The notes: a model not told the origin generated them from the letters alone. A stretch of 55,735 bases of DNA from an uncultured virus (IMG/VR IMGVR_UViG_3300025127_000014) (IMGVR_UViG_3300025127_000014), one strand, 5' to 3'; numbered from the stretch's first letter, positions 46,382-54,617 are shown. A program made the numbers and translations.

Positions 46382-46432
46382 CATTTGCTTGACAAGAAAA
46401 AACTTGCCGTAACCGCTTCGCGGTCTTATATT
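46378..46432 (+). promoter_or_regulatory. Triple-box promoter 3
   Basis: TTGACA 46378, TTGACA 46389, TTGCCG 46404, TATATT 46427. Confidence 0.8.
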
Positions 46433-46455
46433 ATATATATAAAGGAAAACAACTT

Positions 46456-46557
46456 ATGTGGGACTTAAAGACTCTTGAGAAGCTAAATGTAGAACGTGAA
46501 AAGTACCTTAAAGAGCAGCAAAAAAAAGAAGAAACTAAGGAGAAAAGAAATGACTAA
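46456..46557 (+). CDS. 33-aa charged peptide (MWDLKTLEKLN...)
   Basis: First ATG after promoter with AAGGA RBS. Confidence 0.6.
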   Translation: MWDLKTLEKLNVEREKYLKEQQKKEETKEKRND

Positions 46558-46714
46558 AGTCGGAGACTTGGTGCGCGTGAGCACGAAGCATAACGGTGAT
46601 AAGCTGGGTGTGGTTGTGAAGATTGACAAGGACGGTGTTCATATCAAGGCGCAAAACCATCCTCGTGACATTCTCGCGCTGCATCAGGACGTTAAAGTTT
46701 TGGTAAGCGCATGA
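46550..46714 (+). CDS. SH3/KOW-like small protein (MTKVGDLVRV)
   Basis: AAGGAG then ATG 46550. Confidence 0.75.
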   Translation: MTKVGDLVRVSTKHNGDKLGVVVKIDKDGVHIKAQNHPRDILALHQDVKVLVSA

Positions 46715-46920
46715 AAGTCGGTGATCTCGTAAAACGCGCCGGTAAAAACAAAAAAGCCGGTCTGGTTACAGATATTATTGACAAAAAATGCTGGCGCACA
46801 GATGTGCTTGGTAAGCTGGTTAGCTGGGATAAAGTTGAGCCGGAGCCACATGCTGTGGTGCTGATAGGAGATCGCTACTTTACCATACCCGTTATAGATT
46901 TAGAGGTTGTTGTCAGTTGA
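46711..46920 (+). CDS. SH3/KOW-like small protein (MKVGDLVKR...LEVVVS)
   Basis: Family motif; ATGA coupling. Confidence 0.78.
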   Translation: MKVGDLVKRAGKNKKAGLVTDIIDKKCWRTDVLGKLVSWDKVEPEPHAVVLIGDRYFTIPVIDLEVVVS

Positions 46921-46971
46921 CATTTGCTTGACAAAAGAAACCTTGACGATTAAACTTATTGATGCTATATT
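46917..46971 (+). promoter_or_regulatory. Triple-box promoter 4
   Basis: TTGACA 46917, TTGACA 46928, TTGACG 46943, TATATT 46966. Confidence 0.85.
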
Positions 46972-46993
46972 TATAGTATAGAAAGGAGAAAAA

Positions 46994-47182
46994 ATGTTTG
47001 AAAGTATTGTTCCCAACGTCAGTGGCTCACTCACCCCTATGGATGAGTCACGCGAAACATGTGAGAACGTGATCACTTGCTTGATGGTCGCCTCTCAGAT
47101 CGCAGAAGAAGAAAGCGAAGTAATGCGTGATCTTTTCCTGACAACAATCTCAGCACTTCCACGTATAGCAGGTGAAGCATGA
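46994..47182 (+). CDS. Hypothetical protein
   Basis: AAGGAG RBS. Confidence 0.75.
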   Translation: MFESIVPNVSGSLTPMDESRETCENVITCLMVASQIAEEESEVMRDLFLTTISALPRIAGEA

Positions 47183-47508
47183 GCAAGTTTCGACCAAGAA
47201 CAAACGACGCTGTGATTACCGCATGGAAACACGGCCTGAGCGCACGCAATCATAAGCATACATTGAAAAGTGTATCACACCCTAATGGCAGCGCAGAGTT
47301 GTTTAGCTATGGATTGAAGATCGGAGAGCGGACAGCGGCTGGTGCTTTGGTCATCGCTGACTTTACCGCGCCTGCCGATGGTTTTCACTCGATGACAACA
47401 TCTTGTCACGTGAATCTAACGAAGGTTCACGCTGTACGTGACGGTGCGATTATCATGCACCCGAAGGTATGGGAGTGCTCACCAATGAGTGACAGCAGGC
47501 CGTTCTGA
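47179..47508 (+). CDS. Phage hypothetical protein (LFSY...IG...SMTTSCH)
   Basis: ATGA coupling. Confidence 0.75.
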   Translation: MSKFRPRTNDAVITAWKHGLSARNHKHTLKSVSHPNGSAELFSYGLKIGERTAAGALVIADFTAPADGFHSMTTSCHVNLTKVHAVRDGAIIMHPKVWECSPMSDSRPF

Positions 47509-47999
47509 TGGGAGATTTGATTGATCTTGATGAGTACCGTAAAAGTAAGCAGACTGAGAACCCCCGACAAGAACGCTTTGAAGAAGTTTTAAGACTACTT
47601 GATGAGTTTTTGGAAGCTAATCCAGTTGAACTTAGCCCTTGGTTTATTACTCTTGACGAGCTTGGTGATATGATGATGAATAAAACCCCTATTGAAGTAA
47701 CATGGCCACCGATGCTATACACTGACCATCACGGCCAAAAGTGGGCGATCTCTGGTCAGAACTGGCTTGAGGTGCCTGATGATACTACTTTTGAATCACT
47801 GGACCGCTATATGGTGCATAAGCCACGCGAAAGCGGTCAACAGTTGGCGGAAGTTGTAACCTATGAGGTTCTAAGCAGCAAGGGTGACAAGACATATACT
47901 GTAACTGATCATGGCGGTACGTGGACGTGTACGTGCGCCGGGTTTGGGTGGCGTCGGAAGTGTAAGCATATTGAGCAGGCCAAAAATGAAAGTCGGTGA
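47508..47999 (+). CDS. SWIM zinc-finger protein
   Basis: YTVT....WTCTCAGFGWRRKCKHI (CxC-x7-CKH). Confidence 0.8.
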   Translation: MGDLIDLDEYRKSKQTENPRQERFEEVLRLLDEFLEANPVELSPWFITLDELGDMMMNKTPIEVTWPPMLYTDHHGQKWAISGQNWLEVPDDTTFESLDRYMVHKPRESGQQLAEVVTYEVLSSKGDKTYTVTDHGGTWTCTCAGFGWRRKCKHIEQAKNESR

Positions 48000-48156
48000 T
48001 TTAGTAAAGTATAAGAACACTGTGTCAAAAAAATGTGGGATTGTATTGGAACACGGCGATTATGCATTTGCTTGTGATATATTCATCTATTGGTTTGACG
48101 AATCCTACGCGCGTGGAGAAAGATCCGGCGATTTGCATCTCTTGTCATTTGCTTGA
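47986..48156 (+). CDS. SH3/KOW-like small protein (MKVGDLVKY)
   Basis: Family motif; stop in promoter box 2. Confidence 0.75.
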   Translation: MKVGDLVKYKNTVSKKCGIVLEHGDYAFACDIFIYWFDESYARGERSGDLHLLSFA

Positions 48157-48195
48157 CACAACTTTGATTGACTTTACCTCACAGGGCGTTATATT
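48142..48195 (+). promoter_or_regulatory. Triple-box promoter 5
   Basis: TTGTCA 48142, TTGACA 48153, TTGACT 48168, TATATT 48190. Confidence 0.8.
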
Positions 48196-48216
48196 ATATG
48201 TATGTAAGGGAGAGAT

Positions 48217-48405
48217 ATGAAAGTAGGTGATTTAGTAAAACTATCATATAACCAACGATCAAATAATGCGCGTGTCGGGCTGGTGATCGATCAACTGCCT
48301 AAAGATTTCACGTATGGCAGAAATACAGGAGATTTCTATGTTGTCCAGTGGAATGATGGGGTTCGCGATACTATTCGCTCGCAGTTTTTAGAGGTTGTCA
48401 AATGA
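48217..48405 (+). CDS. SH3/KOW-like small protein (MKVGDLVKL...LEVVK)
   Basis: Family motif. Confidence 0.8.
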   Translation: MKVGDLVKLSYNQRSNNARVGLVIDQLPKDFTYGRNTGDFYVVQWNDGVRDTIRSQFLEVVK

Positions 48406-48578
48406 AAGTCGGAGATTTAGTAAGGATTAAACACACTGATGTTGTGGCTCTCGTCACACGAATAGAGTTTAAGGCGAACTTCTACAAGTCTGTTACCAGA
48501 CCGACTGAGTGGGTTTTCTTGGCCGGTCAAGACTTGCCTCGCAGACCACACAGATTGGAGGTTGTAAATGCGACTTGA
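48402..48578 (+). CDS. SH3/KOW-like small protein (MKVGDLVRI...LEVVNAT)
   Basis: 58 aa, not in ORF track; GAGGT RBS. Confidence 0.75.
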   Translation: MKVGDLVRIKHTDVVALVTRIEFKANFYKSVTRPTEWVFLAGQDLPRRPHRLEVVNAT

Positions 48579-48741
48579 AACAGGAACATTAGTAAGCTGG
48601 AGAGGATCGGTAGGTCTTGTTATGGGCGCTTGCAAAAAGCGATGGGCCAAAGATGATGATGTGTGGGTAAAGTGGACAGATGAACCCAAACTAAAGATTG
48701 AGAGTAGTAGGTTTTTGGAGGTATTAAATGCAAGTCGGTGA
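48568..48741 (+). CDS. SH3/KOW-like small protein (MRLETGTLVSW...LEVLNASR)
   Basis: 57 aa, not in ORF track; GGAGGT RBS. Confidence 0.75.
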   Translation: MRLETGTLVSWRGSVGLVMGACKKRWAKDDDVWVKWTDEPKLKIESSRFLEVLNASR

Positions 48742-48916
48742 TCTGGTAACATTTCCCGGTGCCCCAGTGCCTGCTACGGGCATTATCTTACGTACCCAGC
48801 CTGATGGTATTTATCGCGGTGACCACATAAAGCGTGTTAAAGTTTACTGGATTGAAGATGCAGAAGTTTCTTGGGAACCTATCAAATGGTTGGAGTTGGT
48901 TAATGCGTGTCGGTGA
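48728..48916 (+). CDS. SH3/KOW-like small protein (MQVGDLVTF...LELV)
   Basis: GGAGGT RBS; family motif. Confidence 0.8.
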   Translation: MQVGDLVTFPGAPVPATGIILRTQPDGIYRGDHIKRVKVYWIEDAEVSWEPIKWLELVNACR

Positions 48917-49079
48917 TCTGGTGAGGGGGTGGTTGACCCAACAACTTGGTGTCGTGCTGGAGATCGGGGGCCTCGGCGCTGTCCGCGTCGTTTGGACTAC
49001 GCAGGGCGAATCGCTTTTCGGTCCCGGCTCTACAGAGTGGTGTGATGAAAGAAGTTTGGATCTCTTGACAACCGCTTGA
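48903..49079 (+). CDS. SH3/KOW-like small protein (MRVGDLVRG)
   Basis: GGAG then ATG 48903; stop in promoter box 2. Confidence 0.75.
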   Translation: MRVGDLVRGWLTQQLGVVLEIGGLGAVRVVWTTQGESLFGPGSTEWCDERSLDLLTTA

Positions 49080-49118
49080 CAAAGTTTAGCTTGCCAAACG
49101 CTGTCAGGTTGTTATATT
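49065..49118 (+). promoter_or_regulatory. Triple-box promoter 6
   Basis: TTGACA 49065, TTGACA 49076, TTGCCA 49091, TATATT 49113. Confidence 0.8.
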
Positions 49119-49143
49119 ATAAGTATAGAAAGGAGAAAACATT

Positions 49144-50040
49144 ATGTCTTGGTCTGGAACCGTCACTTGCTCATACTGCTACAAACAAGGTCACAACCGT
49201 CGCAAGTGTCCTGAACTGACTGAGGCCATCGAGCGTCAGTACATCGGACACACTCTCAACGCAAAGGAAAGCCGCGAGAAGGGCAAGATTAACGATGCCG
49301 AGTGGTACGAGTCACGTGCAGAGTTGAAGCGCCAAGAATACATGAAGCGTACCAAGATTGATCTCGCTACTGGCGAGAAGGTTTCCAACAAGGCAGCTAA
49401 AGCCGCACGTATGAAGAAGGTCCAGTGTGGCTACTGTGGTAAACGCGGACACACGCGCCGTACCTGTCCAGCCGTCAAGATTGACAAGCAAGTTTTTGTT
49501 GAAGAAACGCGCCGCATGCGTATCGCCGCGCTGAAGACTGCGCGTCAAACTGGCATCGGTCTCGGCTCAATGCTGCCTATCCGTTCACCCGGATATGAGA
49601 ACGGCGAATGGCGTCGTGATATTTTGACTCTACGCTATGTCAAATCGATCGAGTGGGATAGCTGCCACGCTAATCGCCCTGCCCTCACAGTCAAGCATGT
49701 CGATGCTCGCAAGCTGGGATCACCAGACCAGTCGCGCTATACCTCGAAGGATCAGATCGAGAAGCTGGTGCAGGCTAACGACACGGCCCTGCGCTACGCA
49801 GACGCCGCGGGTCAGGATCTCCCACCTTCGTCGCTCATCCCCACGCTCGACCCACCGAAGGGCTGGCTTCAACCAACTGAGCAGAGCCTCGCGCTGGTTA
49901 TCACGCATGCGTTTCCGACTAAGGGTAACAAGCACGCCACTCAGCGCGGGTACGATTATGCGTATCCCTCTGGAATGATTAAGGAAATCATCAAGGATCT
50001 CGGACTAACCGAGCACTTTGATCATATCAACTGGTCTTGA
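49144..50040 (+). CDS. Protein with two CCHC zinc knuckles
   Basis: CSYCYKQGHNRRKCP and CGYCGKRGHTRRTCP. Confidence 0.85.
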   Translation: MSWSGTVTCSYCYKQGHNRRKCPELTEAIERQYIGHTLNAKESREKGKINDAEWYESRAELKRQEYMKRTKIDLATGEKVSNKAAKAARMKKVQCGYCGKRGHTRRTCPAVKIDKQVFVEETRRMRIAALKTARQTGIGLGSMLPIRSPGYENGEWRRDILTLRYVKSIEWDSCHANRPALTVKHVDARKLGSPDQSRYTSKDQIEKLVQANDTALRYADAAGQDLPPSSLIPTLDPPKGWLQPTEQSLALVITHAFPTKGNKHATQRGYDYAYPSGMIKEIIKDLGLTEHFDHINWS

Positions 50041-50091
50041 CATTTCCCTGACAACTCTCGCCTTGACGGGTGAGGGTAAAGCGATTATATT
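50037..50091 (+). promoter_or_regulatory. Triple-box promoter 7 (drives tRNA-Leu)
   Basis: TTGACA 50037, CTGACA 50048, TTGACG 50063, TATATT 50086. Confidence 0.8.
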
Positions 50092-50099
50092 ATAAACAT

Positions 50100-50185
50100 G
50101 GCTGATTGGTGGAATGGTATACACAGGAGACTTAAAATCTCCCGCCCGTTTGGGCTTGCGAGTTCGAGTCTCGCATCAGCTACCA
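50100..50185 (+). tRNA. tRNA-Leu(TAA)
   Basis: GGCTGAT/ATCAGCT acceptor, GGAGA-CTTAAAA-TCTCC arm, long variable arm, ACCA. Confidence 0.93.
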
Positions 50186-50199
50186 CATTGTTAAATCAC

Positions 50200-50254
50200 T
50201 TGACATTCGCTTGACAATAAAATACTTGACTCTTATGCATTTTGGTGCTATATT
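50200..50254 (+). promoter_or_regulatory. Triple-box promoter 8
   Basis: TTGACA 50200, TTGACA 50211, TTGACT 50226, TATATT 50249. Confidence 0.85.
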
Positions 50255-50301
50255 TATAGAGTAAGGCAAAGAACTAAAACCTCAAACACTGGAGGCCCAA
50301 C

Positions 50302-51381
50302 ATGGCCATCGACTTCGCAACATTCCTCAACGTCGCCCCTCACATCCTCAACACTCGTCTGCCCGTTCTTATCCGTGGCCGTCACGGTGTCGGTAAATCT
50401 GAGGTGGTCTACATGATCGCAGAGCAGCGTGGCCTGCCAGTGGTCGAGCGCCGCGCTTCACAGATGACCGAGGGTGATCTTCTTGGTCTGCCTGACACGT
50501 CTGATCTCTCAGACGGCCGCAAGGCTACCACTTGGAACGCACCTGACTGGCTTGTGACTGCATGCACCCAGCCTGTCATGCTGTTCCTCGATGAGGTGGA
50601 CCGTGCGACTATGGAGGTTCGTCAGGGCCTTTTCGAGTTGACCGATAGCCGCAAGATCAACGGGTGGCATCTTCACCCTGAGACTTTGATCGTCGCTGCT
50701 GTCAACGGTGGCGAGCATAGTGCTCAGTATCAGGTTGGCGAAATGGATCCGGCAGAGCTTGACCGCTGGACCGTGTTCGACGTGGAGCCTTCCACTGAGG
50801 ACTGGCTCACATGGGCCAACGACAAGGTTCACACTGTGCTGTGGGATTTCATTAACCAGAACCGCATGCACTTGGAGCATGAGGGTGACTTTGAGCCAAA
50901 CAAGGTTTACCCTTCCCGTCGTAGCTGGCAACGCTTCAACGATACAGCGGCCGCTTCTGGTACTATGAACGAAGACGGTGACCGTGACCTTCTGTTCAAT
51001 CTTGCCACTGCCTTCGTCGGGTTCGAGGCCGCTGTTGCTCTCCGTGACTTCACTGAGAACTACGCATGGCAAGTGACTATTGAGGATCTACTCGATAACG
51101 GCGAGATCAGCAAGACCGCCGACTGGGGCATCAATGATCACTCTGCGATGATTGAGAAGTTTTCTTCTTCTGAGGTATTCGTCGAGGACTTGAGCGAGGG
51201 TCAGATCCAAAACCTTGCGGACTACTTTGTGTCTCTGCCTTCCGAGGTCGCCATGAAGCTGTGGACTGTGCTTGGTGAGTCTGATAACACTAACAACGTG
51301 ATCTCGCTTCACAAGGCCCAAACTACTGAGGGCACACGAGTGAGCGAACATCTGGTGGAGATCCTTGGTGGTACACAGTAA
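50302..51381 (+). CDS. MoxR-like AAA+ ATPase
   Basis: Walker A GRHGVGKS, EGDLLGLP, Walker B LFLDEVDR, AAVN, MDPAELDR, PSRRSW. Confidence 0.9.
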   Translation: MAIDFATFLNVAPHILNTRLPVLIRGRHGVGKSEVVYMIAEQRGLPVVERRASQMTEGDLLGLPDTSDLSDGRKATTWNAPDWLVTACTQPVMLFLDEVDRATMEVRQGLFELTDSRKINGWHLHPETLIVAAVNGGEHSAQYQVGEMDPAELDRWTVFDVEPSTEDWLTWANDKVHTVLWDFINQNRMHLEHEGDFEPNKVYPSRRSWQRFNDTAAASGTMNEDGDRDLLFNLATAFVGFEAAVALRDFTENYAWQVTIEDLLDNGEISKTADWGINDHSAMIEKFSSSEVFVEDLSEGQIQNLADYFVSLPSEVAMKLWTVLGESDNTNNVISLHKAQTTEGTRVSEHLVEILGGTQ

Positions 51382-51604
51382 CGCCTTCCGTCCGCCTCTC
51401 AGGGCTCCCCGCATCGGTGACTTGGTTAAGTTAACTGGTCTGGGGAGCCTTGGGAGACCCTTTAAACAACATCATGGCATCGGTGTAGTGAACGCCATTT
51501 ATAAGCCGCCTGACAAGCGTATACAGTACGAGGTTAAGTGGTTAAAAAGTGAGGAACGCATGCGATTCCATGAAGAAGACTTGCTAATAGTTTCAGAACC
51601 ATGA
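51365..51604 (+). CDS. SH3/KOW-like small protein (PRIGDLVKL)
   Basis: Family motif; start uncertain. Confidence 0.7.
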   Translation: MVVHSNAFRPPLRAPRIGDLVKLTGLGSLGRPFKQHHGIGVVNAIYKPPDKRIQYEVKWLKSEERMRFHEEDLLIVSEP

Positions 51605-51807
51605 GTGTATGGACAGATAAACTTAGTGTTGGTGATCTTCTCTATAGTGTGGATGGCAAGCCTGCGATCGTGCTTGAAAAAGTTGAGTCAGCACGGGCCA
51701 AGTACGGCGACATAGCTAATAAAAGGTGGAGGTTCAGGCTTCACATCGACGGCGAGCAAGGATGGTTAGATGAGGTTCGACTGAGAACACAGTATACACT
51801 TCCCTGA
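51601..51807 (+). CDS. SH3/KOW-like small protein (LSVGDLLY)
   Basis: ATGA coupling; stop in promoter box 1. Confidence 0.7.
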   Translation: MSVWTDKLSVGDLLYSVDGKPAIVLEKVESARAKYGDIANKRWRFRLHIDGEQGWLDEVRLRTQYTLP

Positions 51808-51858
51808 CATTTCCTTGACAACTGAAACCTTGACTTTAACCCTCCACGATGCTATATT
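51804..51858 (+). promoter_or_regulatory. Triple-box promoter 9
   Basis: CTGACA 51804, TTGACA 51815, TTGACT 51830, TATATT 51853. Confidence 0.85.
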
Positions 51859-51880
51859 ATATATGTAAGGAGAGAGAACA

Positions 51881-53119
51881 ATGTCCGACGACACTAAAAA
51901 ACCATTCAACCTTAACATGCACACCGCTCGCCTGCTTATGCGTGAGCCGTTTTTCGCTGCCCTGTCTCGTCGCATTGACAAGATCGCTACCACTGCGATC
52001 CCCACTGCTGGCGTGCGTGTCAACCCTGACAGTGCTCAGTTCGAGCTTATGTATAACCCTGAGTTCATGGGTGCGCTCTCCGATGAACACAAGTTGGGTA
52101 TTCTCAAACATGAGTTTTACCACCTTGTATTCGAGCATGTGACCAGCCGCAAGCCTGCCGATGGACTCAAGCGTATTGATAACATCGCTATGGATCTGGC
52201 TATCAACTGTCACATCGCCGGCGAGTTGCCAAGTGAAGCCAACCCCGGCCCTACTATGGGTGATGAGCCTATGCGTGCATGCATCCCCGGTGAAGGCATG
52301 TTTAAGGATCTGCCTCCGTTCAAGTCTTACGAGTGGTATCTTGAAGCCCTGAAGCAAATGCAGGAAGAACAGCAGCAGAACGGTCAAGGCCAGCCCGGTG
52401 AAGGTGATGGCGATCCGTTCGGTGGTATGGACTCACTTGACGACCACGATCAGTTCGGTGAAGTCGATGGCACCACTCAAGAGATCGCCAAGGAACGCAT
52501 GAAGGACGCGATCAAGAAAGCGGCCGAGGAAGCTGAGAAAGCCCGTAACTGGGGAACCGTATCGTCTTCCATGCGTCAGGATATTATGGATCGTATCGCA
52601 ACTAAAGTTGACTGGCGTAAGGTTCTCCGTTACTTTGTTAAAACTTCACAACGTGCTGACAAGCGTTCAACACCTCGCCGTCTTAACAAGCGGTTCCCAA
52701 AGGTCCACCCCGGCAAGCGCGTACGCCGCCAAGCCAAGATCGCAATCTCGATTGACCAGTCTGGATCGGTCGATGATGGTATGCTCGCCGCGTTCTTCTC
52801 CGAGTTGAACAAGCTGGCAGAGATCGCAGAGTTCACCGTGATCCCCTTTGATACGCGCGTTGCCGAGGACAAGGTTTATACTTGGAAGAAGGGCCAGAGC
52901 AAGAGGACCGAGCGTGTATTGACTGGTGGTACATGCTTCAACGCTCCAACCAAGTTCGTCAATAACGGCGACTTTGACGGCCATATTGTACTGACTGATC
53001 TCATGGCTCCTAAGCCTATCGCCTCCAAGTGCCAACGCATGTGGATGACCACCAAGCAGTACGCGGCACGTCCTTACTTCCAAACTAATGAGCGTATCAT
53101 CGCAATCGACACGGCTTAA
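51881..53119 (+). CDS. HExxH metallopeptidase-like + vWA domain protein (DUF2201-like, MoxR partner)
   Basis: EPFF, PTAGV, LKHEFYH, NIAMDLAIN, MIDAS-like IDQSGS, GGTCF, LTD. Confidence 0.88.
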   Translation: MSDDTKKPFNLNMHTARLLMREPFFAALSRRIDKIATTAIPTAGVRVNPDSAQFELMYNPEFMGALSDEHKLGILKHEFYHLVFEHVTSRKPADGLKRIDNIAMDLAINCHIAGELPSEANPGPTMGDEPMRACIPGEGMFKDLPPFKSYEWYLEALKQMQEEQQQNGQGQPGEGDGDPFGGMDSLDDHDQFGEVDGTTQEIAKERMKDAIKKAAEEAEKARNWGTVSSSMRQDIMDRIATKVDWRKVLRYFVKTSQRADKRSTPRRLNKRFPKVHPGKRVRRQAKIAISIDQSGSVDDGMLAAFFSELNKLAEIAEFTVIPFDTRVAEDKVYTWKKGQSKRTERVLTGGTCFNAPTKFVNNGDFDGHIVLTDLMAPKPIASKCQRMWMTTKQYAARPYFQTNERIIAIDTA

Positions 53120-53122
53120 ACT

Positions 53123-53401
53123 ATGAAAATGACCTTAGTAATAGACACCAATGACCGAGAAGGGATTAATGACGCCTTGAAGATGGTACGGATCATGCAC
53201 GAAAAGTATGCGGGCAACGTCACATATCACAAAGAGTCATTTGGTAAAATCGAGTTCATTAAACTACTTCGCAAGTTCATGCGTGAGTCTGTTGCTCACC
53301 TTAAAGACGAGGATGATGGACAGGTAAAAGATGTCAACGATCTCAGTAACTTACGTAATGCCAAGCGATTTGCTGATCGCATATTTGCAGGTGAGCGATG
53401 A
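53123..53401 (+). CDS. Hypothetical protein (KIEFIKLLR...LRNAKRFAD, L7/L12 C-terminal-like pattern)
   Basis: ORF in chain; motif resemblance weak. Confidence 0.65.
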   Translation: MKMTLVIDTNDREGINDALKMVRIMHEKYAGNVTYHKESFGKIEFIKLLRKFMRESVAHLKDEDDGQVKDVNDLSNLRNAKRFADRIFAGER

Positions 53402-53601
53402 AGACCGGCGATCTTGTCACGTATTGGTACCAACTCTCACGATGGCAGAAGGGTCTATCTGTCCACGTTGGTCTGGTTATCGAGACTGGAAAGTTTACCG
53501 GTAACCGTGACGTTAAAGTTTTATGGACAAACGATCCAGAGCCACAAACCGAATGCACTCAACATCTTGCGCTCGTTGATGACATTTCCTTGACAACTTA
53601 A
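53398..53601 (+). CDS. SH3/KOW-like small protein (MKTGDLVTY)
   Basis: Family motif; ATGA coupling. Confidence 0.75.
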   Translation: MKTGDLVTYWYQLSRWQKGLSVHVGLVIETGKFTGNRDVKVLWTNDPEPQTECTQHLALVDDISLTT

Positions 53602-53633
53602 ACCTTGACTTCTACCCGTTTCGGTGCTATATT
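53579..53633 (+). promoter_or_regulatory. Triple-box promoter 10
   Basis: ATGACA 53579, TTGACA 53590, TTGACT 53605, TATATT 53628. Confidence 0.85.
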
Positions 53634-53657
53634 ATAAGGGTAGAAAGGAGAAAGCAT

Positions 53658-53771
53658 ATGCTTCAAAACCGCAACGGCATGATGGCCGCCCTGATTATCG
53701 CTGATCTGACCTGCTGGTCTGGTCTTATTATCCTCGCCTTTAAGTGGGCATCCTGCACATGTGGAGCATAA
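53658..53771 (+). CDS. 37-aa hydrophobic peptide (MLQNRNGMMAALII...)
   Basis: AAGGAG RBS right after promoter. Confidence 0.65.
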   Translation: MLQNRNGMMAALIIADLTCWSGLIILAFKWASCTCGA

Positions 53772-53772
53772 A

Positions 53773-54159
53773 ATGAATGACGAAGTATTGAATATCAAAC
53801 TGACCGAATCAGAAATCAATCTGATTACGTTGCTTCTGGAGCAAGCCGGTACGATGGAAGACGAAAACGGCCAACCAGCTTTTGAGTTGCTGCACGATAT
53901 TATGGAGCAGACTGCACGCATTGATGATCCTGATTGGGACATTGACCCTACTGACCTCAACGGGCGCACCTTTAGCGTGGCAGAAAGTGATTTTATCGAT
54001 CACGGCATCCGAGCCCGTGAAATGCAGAAGCATACCAGCATGGCCGCGAACCGCCGCACCATGCGCTTCGGTGAGTTTAACGTCGAGGCTGCTGATGAGC
54101 GATCTGATCAGCAGAGCGTTGATGTATGGGAACGCCCCAATGATCCGACTAAGTGGTAG
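53773..54159 (+). CDS. Acidic hypothetical protein
   Basis: GGAG then ATG 53773. Confidence 0.75.
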   Translation: MNDEVLNIKLTESEINLITLLLEQAGTMEDENGQPAFELLHDIMEQTARIDDPDWDIDPTDLNGRTFSVAESDFIDHGIRAREMQKHTSMAANRRTMRFGEFNVEAADERSDQQSVDVWERPNDPTKW

Positions 54160-54163
54160 ATAA

Positions 54164-54310
54164 ATGCAAGTAGGTAGTTTGGTGCGTGAGGTTATGGATG
54201 GCAACGTCGGGATCATTGTAGCGTGGGAAAGTGACGGCTGGCTTGTCAACTTCCCACAGTTTAACATGGTATTCCACATGCTGCCGAAACTGCTGGAAGT
54301 AGTAGAATAA
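54164..54310 (+). CDS. SH3/KOW-like small protein (MQVGSLVRE...LEVVE)
   Basis: 48 aa, not in ORF track; family motif. Confidence 0.72.
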   Translation: MQVGSLVREVMDGNVGIIVAWESDGWLVNFPQFNMVFHMLPKLLEVVE

Positions 54311-54393
54311 TGACGTATATCGAACAGAATATAATGCTTGCTATCTCTGCCATAGTATTTTATGGGATGTTCCATTTGCTGACACTTCCTTGA
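54310..54393 (+). CDS. 27-aa single-TM peptide
   Basis: TAATG coupling; stop in promoter box 2. Confidence 0.5.
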   Translation: MTYIEQNIMLAISAIVFYGMFHLLTLP

Positions 54394-54433
54394 CAACTTA
54401 ATCATTGACTTTTACCCTCGCGGGTGTTATATT
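54379..54433 (+). promoter_or_regulatory. Triple-box promoter 11
   Basis: CTGACA 54379, TTGACA 54390, TTGACT 54405, TATATT 54428. Confidence 0.85.
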
Positions 54434-54456
54434 ATATGTATAGAAAGGAGAAAGCT

Positions 54457-54615
54457 ATGCCACTCAGTACCTTCCGCGTCACCTTCACCCTTCGCGAGCC
54501 AATGCGCCCGCGTCAAACTCGCATTGTCAAAGCGCGAGATCATTACGAAGCCGCTCGCCTCGTTACACTTCCGGCTAACGCCATGCGATACTTGGACATC
54601 AAGAAAATCAGTTAG
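54457..54615 (+). CDS. 52-aa basic hypothetical protein
   Basis: AAGGAG then ATG 54457. Confidence 0.7.
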   Translation: MPLSTFRVTFTLREPMRPRQTRIVKARDHYEAARLVTLPANAMRYLDIKKIS

Positions 54616-54617
54616 TC

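Noticed and set aside
42404..54310. Diversity-generating retroelement as the source of mini-protein variation
   Set aside because: No reverse transcriptase and no template/variable repeat pair differing only at adenines in the window
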